Source: Candidatus Nanosynbacter lyticus (lineage in GTDB: Bacteria > Patescibacteriota > Saccharimonadia > Saccharimonadales > Saccharimonadaceae). Taken from it: DNA of 32,000 nucleotides. The translations under genes and the position numbers were made by a program. Shown here piece after piece: positions 7,773-16,495 of the stretch. The stretch's first letter is position 1. Each line of letters opens with the position of its first letter. A model generated the notes under the pieces. That model searched no databases, had not been told where the DNA came from, and worked only from the letters and a program-made list of their open reading frames with translations. The stretch is from contig NZ_CP007496.1 of NCBI RefSeq assembly GCF_000803625.1, positions 60,001 through 92,000 on the forward strand, read 5' to 3'.

Positions 7773-9938
7773 ATGGGTCAGCGGCGACTAGCAACACCGC
7801 AAAAGGACGATGCTAAAAAGCGTCCACAGTCGAAAAAAAGCAATAACGCAGTATTAAATAGTACCACTACTCGAAAGGGCGAGGTCTTTCGAGCGCAGCG
7901 ACGAACGAGCGAGAATGTCAACCTCAGGGCGTCACAGCACTTGATTGATATTCCGGTCAATAAGTCGGTTTATAATGGTTATGGTGGCGAGCAGTTTAGT
8001 ATGAAAATGCAGCCAAAACCGCAACGTGGTGGCCAGCCAAAGCTGCGGATTATCCCAATCGGTGGTGTTGGTGAAATGGGTATTGGTAAAAACATGAACG
8101 CCATTGAGTATGATGATGAAATTATCATCGTGGACATGGGCTTTCTGTTCCCGGGCAGCGATTATCCAGGTATCAACTATATCACGCCGGATATCACCTG
8201 GCTGGAGGAAAATAAGCATAAGATTAAGGCGCACGTGTTCACTCACGGACACCTGGATCACATCGGGTCATTCCGGCACTTTATTCACCGAATTCCAGCG
8301 CCAGTTTATGGGTCGAAGTTTACTATTGGCATGCTGGACAAGTCGATGGCTGACGCTGATACCGATTTTCAGCCAGACTTTCGGGTGATGGATCCATTGA
8401 GTCATGAAATTGTTCAAGTATCGAAGCACTTTTCCGTGGAATTGGTGCGAGTAAACCACTCGATTCCTGACTCGACAGCAGTGATCATTCGGACGCCATT
8501 AGGTGTGGTGATTGACTCTGGTGACTGGCGATTTGAGGAAAGTCCGGTTGATGGCCAGAAATTTGACCTCGAGCGCATGACTGAAGTGGCATCCAAAGAG
8601 GGTGTTCTGATGTTTATGAACGAATCTACCAACTGTGAGTCGGCTGGTACACACACGCACACGGAGTTTGATATTCAATATTCAATAGGTCAGGTGATGG
8701 ATAAATTTAGTAACAGCCGAGTGATTTTGAGCTGTTTCTCATCACAAGTGCACCGCTTGCAATTGATTTTGGAAGAAGCACACAAGCACGGCCGTAAGGT
8801 GGCGTTTGCTGGTTTTTCGATGATTCAGAACTTGGAGGTAGCACTACGTTCAGGCACTATTAAGATTCCAAAAGACACCGTTATGAAGATGGAGGATATC
8901 ATCAAGTTACCAGACAGCCAGGTCACGGTGGTTTGTACTGGTTCGCAGGGTGAGTTTAATGCCGTGTTGAGCCGTATGGCGACTGGCGCGCATAAATACA
9001 TGAAGATCAAGGGCTCTGATGTGGTGGTGTTTAGCTCCAATCCGATTCCGGGCAACGAGAAAAACGTAGTGCGAACAGTTGATGGCTTGATGCGCGAAGG
9101 TTCTAGTGTGATTCAGAACGGCAAGACACACTTGACGGGGATTGGGCCGCTGCACTTGTCGGGACATGGTTATTATGATGATCACGTCAAGTTGATTAAT
9201 GCGTTGAACCCAACGTACTATATGCCAATTCACGGCGAATTTCATATGTTGGTTTATAATGCTCGGTTGGCAGAAGAGGAGTGTGGTATTCCGCGGAAGA
9301 ATATCTTTGTGTGTGACGCTGGCGATATTATTGAAATTGACGTTGAACGGCAAGCTAAGAAAGCTGGTCGGATTCAGGCTGGCGGCGTGATGTATGATGA
9401 TACCGGTGCTATTGTGTCTGAGGTGGTACTAAAAGACCGCATTCATATGTCTCAAGAGGGAATGTTTGTGGTGGTATTGACGGTGCAACGCGGCACCGGG
9501 CGGTTACTAACCAGTCCAGACATTATTTCCCGCGGCTTCATTTATCTGCGTGATTCTGAGGAATTGATGAACATGATTCGTCAGTATTTGAAGCAGAAGG
9601 CAGCGCGCAGTTTTTCTGGCAAGTATGACCTAGACGTTATCAAGAAGGAAATTAAGGATGAAGTCACACATATTTTGTACGATCAGACGCGCCGTACGCC
9701 AATTGTTATTCCGGTGATTAATGAAGTTGGCAGCTTAAAGACGGTAAAATCGACGACTGCTTCAGCTTCTCCGACTGCAAAATCCACGCCTCGCAACAAA
9801 AAATCTATTACTTCGGTGGAGGAGCCAAGGATGACTTTGCCAACCACGCCACGCCGTCGTTTTCCGCAGCGTCAAGTGCCTGACACTGAGGCGAATGACA
9901 CGAAGGCTCGGGAGCGACAAGATTTTCGTCCCTACTAA
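7773..9938 (+). CDS. rnj: Ribonuclease J (beta-CASP metallo-beta-lactamase RNase)
   Basis: 721 aa. THGHLDHIG metal-binding motif, beta-CASP region, basic low-complexity tails at both ends. SD AAAGGAG upstream. Confidence 0.96.
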   Translation: MGQRRLATPQKDDAKKRPQSKKSNNAVLNSTTTRKGEVFRAQRRTSENVNLRASQHLIDIPVNKSVYNGYGGEQFSMKMQPKPQRGGQPKLRIIPIGGVGEMGIGKNMNAIEYDDEIIIVDMGFLFPGSDYPGINYITPDITWLEENKHKIKAHVFTHGHLDHIGSFRHFIHRIPAPVYGSKFTIGMLDKSMADADTDFQPDFRVMDPLSHEIVQVSKHFSVELVRVNHSIPDSTAVIIRTPLGVVIDSGDWRFEESPVDGQKFDLERMTEVASKEGVLMFMNESTNCESAGTHTHTEFDIQYSIGQVMDKFSNSRVILSCFSSQVHRLQLILEEAHKHGRKVAFAGFSMIQNLEVALRSGTIKIPKDTVMKMEDIIKLPDSQVTVVCTGSQGEFNAVLSRMATGAHKYMKIKGSDVVVFSSNPIPGNEKNVVRTVDGLMREGSSVIQNGKTHLTGIGPLHLSGHGYYDDHVKLINALNPTYYMPIHGEFHMLVYNARLAEEECGIPRKNIFVCDAGDIIEIDVERQAKKAGRIQAGGVMYDDTGAIVSEVVLKDRIHMSQEGMFVVVLTVQRGTGRLLTSPDIISRGFIYLRDSEELMNMIRQYLKQKAARSFSGKYDLDVIKKEIKDEVTHILYDQTRRTPIVIPVINEVGSLKTVKSTTASASPTAKSTPRNKKSITSVEEPRMTLPTTPRRRFPQRQVPDTEANDTKARERQDFRPY

Positions 9939-9947
9939 ATCCTCAGA

Positions 9948-9976
9948 TTGATTTTACTGATAAATTATGCTATAAT
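9948..9976 (+). promoter_or_regulatory. ftsK promoter: TTGATT (9948-9953), 17 nt, extended -10 TGCTATAAT (hexamer 9971-9976)
   Basis: Read directly, just downstream of the rnj stop. Confidence 0.75.
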
Positions 9977-10044
9977 ACAAAGTGTATTAAATTGATGTTT
10001 ATATCTGTTAAGAAGTATAAAATCAGTGTATAATAAAAACGATT

Positions 10045-12258
10045 ATGGCAAAAAAGCGAAAGAGCACGAAAAAGTCTACTCCTACCAAACCGCAACATAG
10101 TTTGCCGGTGGGTTTTTGGTCACAAGTAGGCGCGGTCTTATTGATCCTCTTGTCATTGCTATTGGTGGTTTCGTGGTTTGGTGTTGGTGGTCCAGTTCTT
10201 CAGTGGATTGATATGGCAACCATAAAGACAGTCGGCTACACTGCTTACACATTACCGATACTATTAATTTATTTGGCGGTAGAAACTTTCCGGGCAGAAG
10301 AGAATCGCTTACCTGCGGCGGTGAAGTTTGCGGCAGTTTTAGAGATTGTGTGGTTTTCAGGATTATTTGGGCTATTAAAGACGTCTTTACGACCAGATGC
10401 TGGTGGATTTGTAGGTGATATATTAAATACAGCCACACTTAAAATGGTAGATTCGGCAATTGCTGCAATATTTTACCTGGTGTTGGCGTTTATTACAGTT
10501 TTATTTATCACCCAAACATCACCATTTACTGTGTTTAGTAAATTGTGGCAAGCAATTAAAAGTAATAGCTTAGAGGATGATAACAATCGATCTATCATGA
10601 AGCAAGCGGCAAATCCTCAGTCGACAGAGGAAAATAAAAAGGTGAGTTTGGGAGATATTAAACTCAATGCTGGCGTGCCGATTATTGACACCACTAAGGA
10701 GAAGAAGGGTTTATTAAAGCGTACTGAAAAGCCAGAAAAGGCCGCTGAAGAACAAGCTCTGGTGGCAACACGTGATCCAAATTGGCAAGCCCCAAGCCTG
10801 GATTTATTAGAGAAGAACGAAGGCGGTGCGGATGCTGGCGATACGAGACAAAATGCTCAGATTATTCATGATACACTATCCGAATTTAACATTGATGCAG
10901 CAATGGGTGATATAAACGTTGGTCCAAAGGTGACGCAGTATACCCTAAGGCCACCAAGTGGTGTGAAATTGACGCGAATTACTGCGCTAGAGACAAATAT
11001 TGCGCTTAATTTGGCGGCCCAAAGTCTGAGGATTGAAGCACCAATTCCTGGCCAGAAGGCGGTGGGAATTGAGGTGCCAAACCGTAAGGCAGCTGAGGTG
11101 CGGCTGTATAGCACATTAGTTTCAAAGCAGTGGACGGCGTCGCGCGATCCGCTCAGCTTTACGATTGGTAAGGATATTTCTGGGCAAGTCGTGGTTGGTG
11201 AGCTGGGAAAGATGCCGCACTTGCTAATTGCTGGGCAAACTGGCTCTGGTAAGTCAGTGATGATTAATACGCTACTGACGAGTTTATTGTATCGCAATAG
11301 TCCGAGTGACATGAAGCTGATTTTGGTTGACCCGAAGCAGGTGGAAATGGCGCCATATGAGGATATTCCGCACTTGCTGACTCCAGTGATTACTGAGCCA
11401 GAAAAGACTATTTCAGCTTTGAAATGGGCAGTTAATGAAATGGAGCGGCGCTATAAATTATTAGCGACAGAGAAGATCCGTAATATTAAGGATTACAATA
11501 AGAGGCTACAATCACGAGCGAAAAAGATTGCTATTGCTGATGAAAACGGTAATGTGCAGGAGCATGAAGATGGTTCGATGCCGTACATTGTGATTGTGGT
11601 GGACGAAATGGCGGACTTGATGATGATTGCTAAGAAAGATGTCGAGGCATTAATTGTTCGTTTGGCGCAGAAGGCTCGAGCGGTTGGTATCCATCTGGTA
11701 CTGGCAACGCAGCGGCCAAGTGTTGATGTTATTACTGGTTTGATTAAGGCGAACGTGCCGGCGCGTATTTCTTTTACGGTAGCTAGCCAGGTGGATAGTA
11801 TGACGATTTTAGACCAAGCGGGCGCGGAAAAATTGCTGGGTCAGGGTGATATGTTGTTCTATACACCAAGCATGAGTAAACCGAAACGCATCCAAGGTGC
11901 CTGGGTAACTGATGACGAAGTAAATAAAATTACTGATCATTTGCGAATGCAGATGGCGCCGCAGTACAACGATGAAGTGGTGGCTCAGCCAGTACAGTTG
12001 AACGGTAAGGGCGGTGTAGTGATGGATTTGTCAGAAGGTGGTGATGATAAATTCAAGGATGCTGTGAGGGTGGTAGTTGAGCGACGAAAGGCCTCAACGA
12101 GTATGCTCCAAACGCGACTAGGTATTGGCTATCAGCGAGCAGCGCGCATTATTGAAGAAATGGAAGAGCGGGGAATTATCGGTCCGCAGAATGGATCAAA
12201 GCCACGTGATGTATTGATCTCTAGTGTCGAAGAATTAGATGAATTGTTGGCGGAATAG
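10045..12258 (+). CDS. ftsK: DNA translocase FtsK/SpoIIIE
   Basis: 737 aa. N-terminal TM helices, Walker A GQTGSGKS, motor domain, C-terminal gamma winged-helix (MLQTRLGIGYQRAARIIEEMEERGIIGP). Confidence 0.96.
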   Translation: MAKKRKSTKKSTPTKPQHSLPVGFWSQVGAVLLILLSLLLVVSWFGVGGPVLQWIDMATIKTVGYTAYTLPILLIYLAVETFRAEENRLPAAVKFAAVLEIVWFSGLFGLLKTSLRPDAGGFVGDILNTATLKMVDSAIAAIFYLVLAFITVLFITQTSPFTVFSKLWQAIKSNSLEDDNNRSIMKQAANPQSTEENKKVSLGDIKLNAGVPIIDTTKEKKGLLKRTEKPEKAAEEQALVATRDPNWQAPSLDLLEKNEGGADAGDTRQNAQIIHDTLSEFNIDAAMGDINVGPKVTQYTLRPPSGVKLTRITALETNIALNLAAQSLRIEAPIPGQKAVGIEVPNRKAAEVRLYSTLVSKQWTASRDPLSFTIGKDISGQVVVGELGKMPHLLIAGQTGSGKSVMINTLLTSLLYRNSPSDMKLILVDPKQVEMAPYEDIPHLLTPVITEPEKTISALKWAVNEMERRYKLLATEKIRNIKDYNKRLQSRAKKIAIADENGNVQEHEDGSMPYIVIVVDEMADLMMIAKKDVEALIVRLAQKARAVGIHLVLATQRPSVDVITGLIKANVPARISFTVASQVDSMTILDQAGAEKLLGQGDMLFYTPSMSKPKRIQGAWVTDDEVNKITDHLRMQMAPQYNDEVVAQPVQLNGKGGVVMDLSEGGDDKFKDAVRVVVERRKASTSMLQTRLGIGYQRAARIIEEMEERGIIGPQNGSKPRDVLISSVEELDELLAE

Positions 12259-12267
12259 TATAAAAGA

Positions 12268-12296
12268 TTGACCAAATAATATCTATATTGTAAAAA
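12268..12296 (+). promoter_or_regulatory. Promoter: TTGACC (12268-12273), 17 nt, TAAAAA (12291-12296), ending 6 nt before ATG
   Basis: Read directly. Confidence 0.5.
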
Positions 12297-12302
12297 AACT
12301 TT

Positions 12303-12920
12303 ATGAATGAGCATTTTCCCGGAAGCTATGACTTAGCTCCTGACCAAGATACTCTTGTCTCTATAGTACAAGCAGCAGGTAAAGTTCTTAAAGAGAAGGG
12401 TATTGAAGGGCTAGAGAATGGTCGCTATCAAATAGACGATAGTAGTGCTGCTGCGAACATTTTTACATGTAAACTATCGCCAGAAATAGTACATCATATT
12501 TTTTCAATTCCACTAGAAACCATTCGCGTTTCTTCGGACGGTCATGCGGAGGGGTGCGAAATAATCTATTTACCAGAATCTATGTTGGAAGATGGCACAC
12601 AATGTTCTGCTGAATTAGGTTTGTACGTTACTGAGGTGGTAAGTCGTTCAGGTGTCTTACCGCCGCTTTATATAGAACACAGCTGGATTATTAGAGGTTG
12701 GAAAGGGCAATGTCTTGAGGGAGAGTATAAGGTCGAATATTCCATAGATGGACGACGAGTAAGTCCGGGTAATCTTGATCTAGAAAGTTTGGATTTGAGA
12801 AACTCTGAAGATATCAGAAGATTAATCGCCGACATAAGAAACAACACTCAATCTCTTGGTGTTGACGATATAGACACTATCTATAGGCTAATTGACAAGA
12901 TATCGCAGAGTGGGGTATAA
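12303..12920 (+). CDS. Hypothetical protein, 205 aa
   Basis: Long ORF on the operon strand between ftsK and rpsF. No family recognised. Confidence 0.75.
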   Translation: MNEHFPGSYDLAPDQDTLVSIVQAAGKVLKEKGIEGLENGRYQIDDSSAAANIFTCKLSPEIVHHIFSIPLETIRVSSDGHAEGCEIIYLPESMLEDGTQCSAELGLYVTEVVSRSGVLPPLYIEHSWIIRGWKGQCLEGEYKVEYSIDGRRVSPGNLDLESLDLRNSEDIRRLIADIRNNTQSLGVDDIDTIYRLIDKISQSGV

Positions 12921-12921
12921 T
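12892..12921 (+). promoter_or_regulatory. rpsF-ssb-rpsR promoter: TTGACA (12892-12897), 18 nt, TATAAT (12916-12921)
   Basis: Two consensus hexamers, overlapping the 3' end of the preceding ORF. Confidence 0.82.
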
Positions 12922-12941
12922 ACAGGCGAATATTAACCTAA

Positions 12942-12963
12942 GCTTACGTGAGACAGCGTAAGC
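12942..12963 (+). promoter_or_regulatory. Hairpin in rpsF 5' leader, candidate S6:S18 autoregulatory element
   Basis: Perfect 7-bp stem GCTTACG/CGTAAGC with an 8-nt loop, about 30 nt before the rpsF start. Confidence 0.4.
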
Positions 12964-12992
12964 ATCCGTAAATGGATTCCAGAGGAGGAAGC

Positions 12993-13346
12993 ATGAACGA
13001 ATACGAACTAACCGTTCTTATTCATCCGGATTTAGAGTCTAATCTAGATTCAGCGTTGGATAAGGTACGTGGTTTAATCACCGATAACGGCGGTGAAATT
13101 ACTAAAGAAGATAACTGGGGCAAGAAAAAATTGGCCTATACCATCAAGCGTGAAGACTTTGCAATTTACGTTTGTTTTGAGGTAAAACTGCCAGCGCCAG
13201 CTTTATTGAAGATTTCTAACACGCTTAACATTACCGACGAAGTATTGCGCTACCTATTGGTAAAAACTGATGAAAAAACTCGTCAGGCATTAAGCGAGCA
13301 AAAAGCACGCAACGAAGAAGCTGATTCAAGCGAATCAAATAAATAA
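12993..13346 (+). CDS. rpsF: 30S ribosomal protein S6
   Basis: MNEYELTVLIHPDLE...; SD AGAGGAGG precedes ATG 12993. The upstream in-frame ATG (12972) has no comparable SD. Confidence 0.95.
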   Translation: MNEYELTVLIHPDLESNLDSALDKVRGLITDNGGEITKEDNWGKKKLAYTIKREDFAIYVCFEVKLPAPALLKISNTLNITDEVLRYLLVKTDEKTRQALSEQKARNEEADSSESNK

Positions 13347-13381
13347 GCCTAACTGCCGCAAGGTAAAAGAGGGGATAGAAT

Positions 13382-13804
13382 ATGGCACGAAGCATCAATC
13401 AAGTAATTTTACTGGGTAGATTGACACGCGATCCAGAGCAGCGAACAACGGCTTCTGGAAAGAACGTAGTTAGTTTTAGTATCGCGGTTGATCGACCAAC
13501 CCAAGATGATCAGGCGGACTTTTTCAATATTACCGCTTGGGATAAACTTGGTGATTTGGTGATGCAATATTTGAGTAAGGGTCGTCGGGTTCTAGTCCAA
13601 GGGCGACTGCGGCAAGATAGTTGGGAAGATAAGGAAACTGGCAAAAGACAGAGTCGAATTGAAGTTACTGCTTCAGACGTAACATTTTTAGACGGTCCGA
13701 ATAATGACAATTCTGGTTCTGCTGCGCCAAAAACTACTAAAAAAGAGGAAGTTGTGACGGAGATTGACGATAAGCCAATTGACCTGAGCGAAATTCCATT
13801 CTAA
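13382..13804 (+). CDS. ssb: Single-stranded DNA-binding protein
   Basis: OB-fold sequence ([15 protein letters not shown]...); acidic C-terminal tip ending EIPF. Confidence 0.96.
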   Translation: MARSINQVILLGRLTRDPEQRTTASGKNVVSFSIAVDRPTQDDQADFFNITAWDKLGDLVMQYLSKGRRVLVQGRLRQDSWEDKETGKRQSRIEVTASDVTFLDGPNNDNSGSAAPKTTKKEEVVTEIDDKPIDLSEIPF

Positions 13805-13817
13805 TAAGGAGATAATA

Positions 13818-14015
13818 ATGGCACAATTGAAGAAAAATCCACCGATTATTTTTGACTACAAAGACGTAAAGACTTTGCAGCGCTACATCAATGTTTATGG
13901 TCAAATCGAGCCGATTAGCAAGACTGGCTTAAGCGAAAAGCAGCAGAGAAGTTTGGCAGTGGCAATTAAGCGCGCTCGTCATTTGGCGCTATTGCCTTTT
14001 GTGGCTAGCAACTAG
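13818..14015 (+). CDS. rpsR: 30S ribosomal protein S18
   Basis: 65 aa; [15 protein letters not shown]...[11 protein letters not shown]. Confidence 0.96.
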   Translation: MAQLKKNPPIIFDYKDVKTLQRYINVYGQIEPISKTGLSEKQQRSLAVAIKRARHLALLPFVASN

Positions 14016-14030
14016 CAATATTTAAACAGC

Positions 14031-14070
14031 ATATCTCGTTGCTACTACATATTTGGCGGCGAGATATTTT
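14031..14070 (+). terminator. Long hairpin between rpsR and efp, candidate terminator or attenuator
   Basis: 14-bp stem including G-U pairs (ATATCTCGTTGCTA / TGGCGGCGAGATAT), then TTT. Confidence 0.45.
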
Positions 14071-14087
14071 ATTGGAAAGGAATATGT

Positions 14088-14648
14088 ATGTATCAGCCAA
14101 CTGATTTGAAAAAAGGCGTAGTTTGCCAAATTGACGGCAAGCCATATCGCGTCGTAGAATACGGTCAAAAAGTTATGGGTCGTGGTGGCTCAATCGTTAA
14201 TGTGAAGCTGAAGAACTTGATTGACGGTAGTGTTATTCCGAAGACATTTAAAGGGCAGGAGCGAATCGAAGCTGCTGAGGTTAATAATAAGACTGCGCAA
14301 TATCTGTATAACGATGGCGATAAATTCTACTTTATGGATCCTGTTAGTTTTGAGCAGTTTGAATTGGCGGCGGAGATTGTGGATGATGCTAGCAAATACT
14401 TGAAGGAAGGCGACGAGTTAAATCTGCAATTCTTTGACGGGCGAGTAATTAACGTTGAGCTACCAAAGAATAAATATTTGGAAGTTACTTATACTGAGGA
14501 TGTAGTGAAGGGTGACACAACTTCGTCTGTCTTAAAAGACGCAACGCTAGAAACTGGTTTGGTAGTGAAGGTTCCGGCGTTTATTAAGCAGGGTGATATT
14601 ATTAGTGTCGATACATCAACTGGCGAGTATCGCGAACGAAAGAAGTAG
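14088..14648 (+). CDS. efp: Elongation factor P
   Basis: 186 aa with KOW-like and OB domains (VNVELP...YTE...GDTTSSVLKDATLETG...VP.FI..GD). Confidence 0.95.
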   Translation: MYQPTDLKKGVVCQIDGKPYRVVEYGQKVMGRGGSIVNVKLKNLIDGSVIPKTFKGQERIEAAEVNNKTAQYLYNDGDKFYFMDPVSFEQFELAAEIVDDASKYLKEGDELNLQFFDGRVINVELPKNKYLEVTYTEDVVKGDTTSSVLKDATLETGLVVKVPAFIKQGDIISVDTSTGEYRERKK

Positions 14649-14659
14649 CGGTCCTTCAG

Positions 14660-15382
14660 ATGAAACAGCGATTAGACAAGGTTCTGGTCGAGCGCGGGCT
14701 AGCGTCAACACGTTCTCAGGCGGATAATTTTATTCGCTTGGGTTACGTTTATTTGAATAAAAAAATTGCTCAAAAATCAGGGGCAATGGTATCTGATACT
14801 GATACGATAACGCTAAAAAAGATGGAGACTTATGTGTCGCGAGCGGGCTTAAAACTGGCTAGCGTAGCCAAATATTTTAAGCTTAATTTTCAAGATAAAA
14901 CAGTATTAGATATTGGCTCAAGTACTGGTGGTTTTACCGACTATTCACTGCGTCATGGTGCTAGGAAAGTTTTTGCCGTTGACGTTGGTACTGACCAACT
15001 TCATCTAAGCTTGCGGACGAACCCAAAGATTATCCTTCACGAAAAAACTGATATTCGTGATTTTTGCACAGATGAAGTGATCGATGTGATTGTGGGGGAT
15101 GTGTCATTTATATCGCTACGGGAGATTTTGCCACATGTAGCTAAAGAACTAATGAATAAAAATACCATACTTATTGCCATGGTAAAGCCGCAATTTGAAG
15201 CAGGGCGACATCAAACTAATAAAGGCATTATTAAAAACGATAAGGTGCGACGGCAGATCTTAACTGATTTTGAAAATTGGGCAAAAAAGTATTTTGTGAT
15301 TTTAGATAAAAAGGATAGTGAAGTTGCTGGTAGTAAGGGAAATCTTGAGCGATTTTATAAATTGCAATTAGCTAAACATTAA
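14660..15382 (+). CDS. tlyA: TlyA-family rRNA methyltransferase (S4 + FtsJ domains)
   Basis: RLDKVLVERGLASTRSQA S4 motif; DIGSSTGGFTDYSLRHGA SAM-binding motif. Confidence 0.92.
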   Translation: MKQRLDKVLVERGLASTRSQADNFIRLGYVYLNKKIAQKSGAMVSDTDTITLKKMETYVSRAGLKLASVAKYFKLNFQDKTVLDIGSSTGGFTDYSLRHGARKVFAVDVGTDQLHLSLRTNPKIILHEKTDIRDFCTDEVIDVIVGDVSFISLREILPHVAKELMNKNTILIAMVKPQFEAGRHQTNKGIIKNDKVRRQILTDFENWAKKYFVILDKKDSEVAGSKGNLERFYKLQLAKH

Positions 15383-16451
15383 ACCTAAACTCAACAACAT
15401 CATTTGGTTGCATAATGTAGGTTTTGCCTTCAGTGCGAATCTTACCAGCCTCGCGAGCTTTTACTTCTGATCCGGCAGTAATCAAATCATTAAAATCGAC
15501 AATTTGCGCCGCAATGAAGCCTCGTTCAAAGTCTGAATGGATAACTCCAGCAGCTTGTGGCGCCGTCCAGCCCTTATGGATTGTCCAGGCGCGCACTTCT
15601 TTTTCACCGGCAGTCAAGTAGCTTTGTAACCCCAGTGTGTCGTAGGCGGCGTGAATTAGTTTGACTAGTCCAGTTTCTTGAACGCCATAACTTTCCAGAA
15701 GCTCTTTGGCGTCATCTTCTGATAAACCTTTTAATTCTTCTTCTAGCTTTGCACAGACAAAGACGGTTTTTGAGGGGTGGACTAGTTCTTTTAATTTTCC
15801 TTTTAGAGCGGAATTGTTCAATCCTTCTTCATCAACATTGAAAGCGTAAATAACTGGTTTGGCGGTGAGTAGATGCAGGTCAGCAATTGCTTCAAAGTCC
15901 ACACCAGCCAGAGCAGAAATTGGTGTCCCTGACTGTAGATTGTCTGCCAGTGACTGTAAATAGGCTACTTTTTGGCGGGCTTCTGGACTAGCCTTAGCTT
16001 CTTTTTGTAGCTGCGGCAGGCGTTTCTCGATTGTTTGTAAGTCAGCTAGGATTAGCTCGGTATTGATAATGCCGATATCTTTTTTTGGGTCAATTGGCGC
16101 TTCGTCGTGTCGCAAAATCTTTGAATTTTCAAAAGCACGAACAACGTGAATAATGGCGTTGCACTCTCTGATATTGTGAAGAAACTTATTGCCTAGACCT
16201 TCGCCTTTGGAGGCGCCGGCAACTAGTCCGGCAATATCAACGAAAGTAACGGTAGCTGGGATGATTTTTTGGGTATGATAAAGCTCAGCCAGGGCTTGTA
16301 AGCGGCTGTCTGGCACGGGAACAATTCCTGTGTTCGGCTCGATAGTTGCAAACGGATAATTAGCAGCCAAAATATCATTGTTTGTTAAAGCATTAAAAAG
16401 TGTCGATTTGCCGACATTAGGTAGGCCAACGATTCCAATAGATAAACTCAT
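15372..16451 (-). CDS. ychF: Redox-regulated ATPase YchF (Obg-like)
   Basis: [16 protein letters not shown]-loop, TGS-like C-terminus (VEFRFNV). Tail-overlaps tlyA by 11 bp. Confidence 0.96.
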   Translation of the reverse strand: MSLSIGIVGLPNVGKSTLFNALTNNDILAANYPFATIEPNTGIVPVPDSRLQALAELYHTQKIIPATVTFVDIAGLVAGASKGEGLGNKFLHNIRECNAIIHVVRAFENSKILRHDEAPIDPKKDIGIINTELILADLQTIEKRLPQLQKEAKASPEARQKVAYLQSLADNLQSGTPISALAGVDFEAIADLHLLTAKPVIYAFNVDEEGLNNSALKGKLKELVHPSKTVFVCAKLEEELKGLSEDDAKELLESYGVQETGLVKLIHAAYDTLGLQSYLTAGEKEVRAWTIHKGWTAPQAAGVIHSDFERGFIAAQIVDFNDLITAGSEVKAREAGKIRTEGKTYIMQPNDVVEFRFNV

Positions 16452-16457
16452 AACTTT

Positions 16458-16463
16458 ATTATA
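16458..16463 (-). promoter_or_regulatory. Extended -10 (TGATATAAT) of ychF, 6 nt before ATG
   Basis: Minus strand reads GATGA TATAAT AAAGTT ATG. Confidence 0.7.
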
Positions 16464-16482
16464 TCATCTGCGCAATCTTTGA

Positions 16483-16488
16483 TATAAT
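16483..16488 (+). promoter_or_regulatory. Extended -10 (TGATATAAT) of large secreted protein gene, 7 nt before ATG
   Basis: Reads TTTGA TATAAT TATAAGC ATG. Confidence 0.7.
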
Positions 16489-16495
16489 TATAAGC

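Noticed and set aside
7778-9353. Opposite-strand and out-of-frame ORFs within the RNase J gene, including 8907-9353 and 7932-8261
   Set aside because: His/Asn/Thr-rich translations typical of antisense frames; fully covered by the conserved RNase J reading frame.
10029-10034. Second TATAAT just upstream of ftsK (10 nt before ATG)
   Set aside because: No -35 at proper spacing and no TGN extension, whereas a full promoter exists at 9948-9976. Kept only as a possible secondary start.
12972-12992. ORF track start of rpsF at 12972
   Set aside because: The strong SD AGAGGAGG lies inside this extension and fits ATG 12993, so the seven extra residues are probably not translated.
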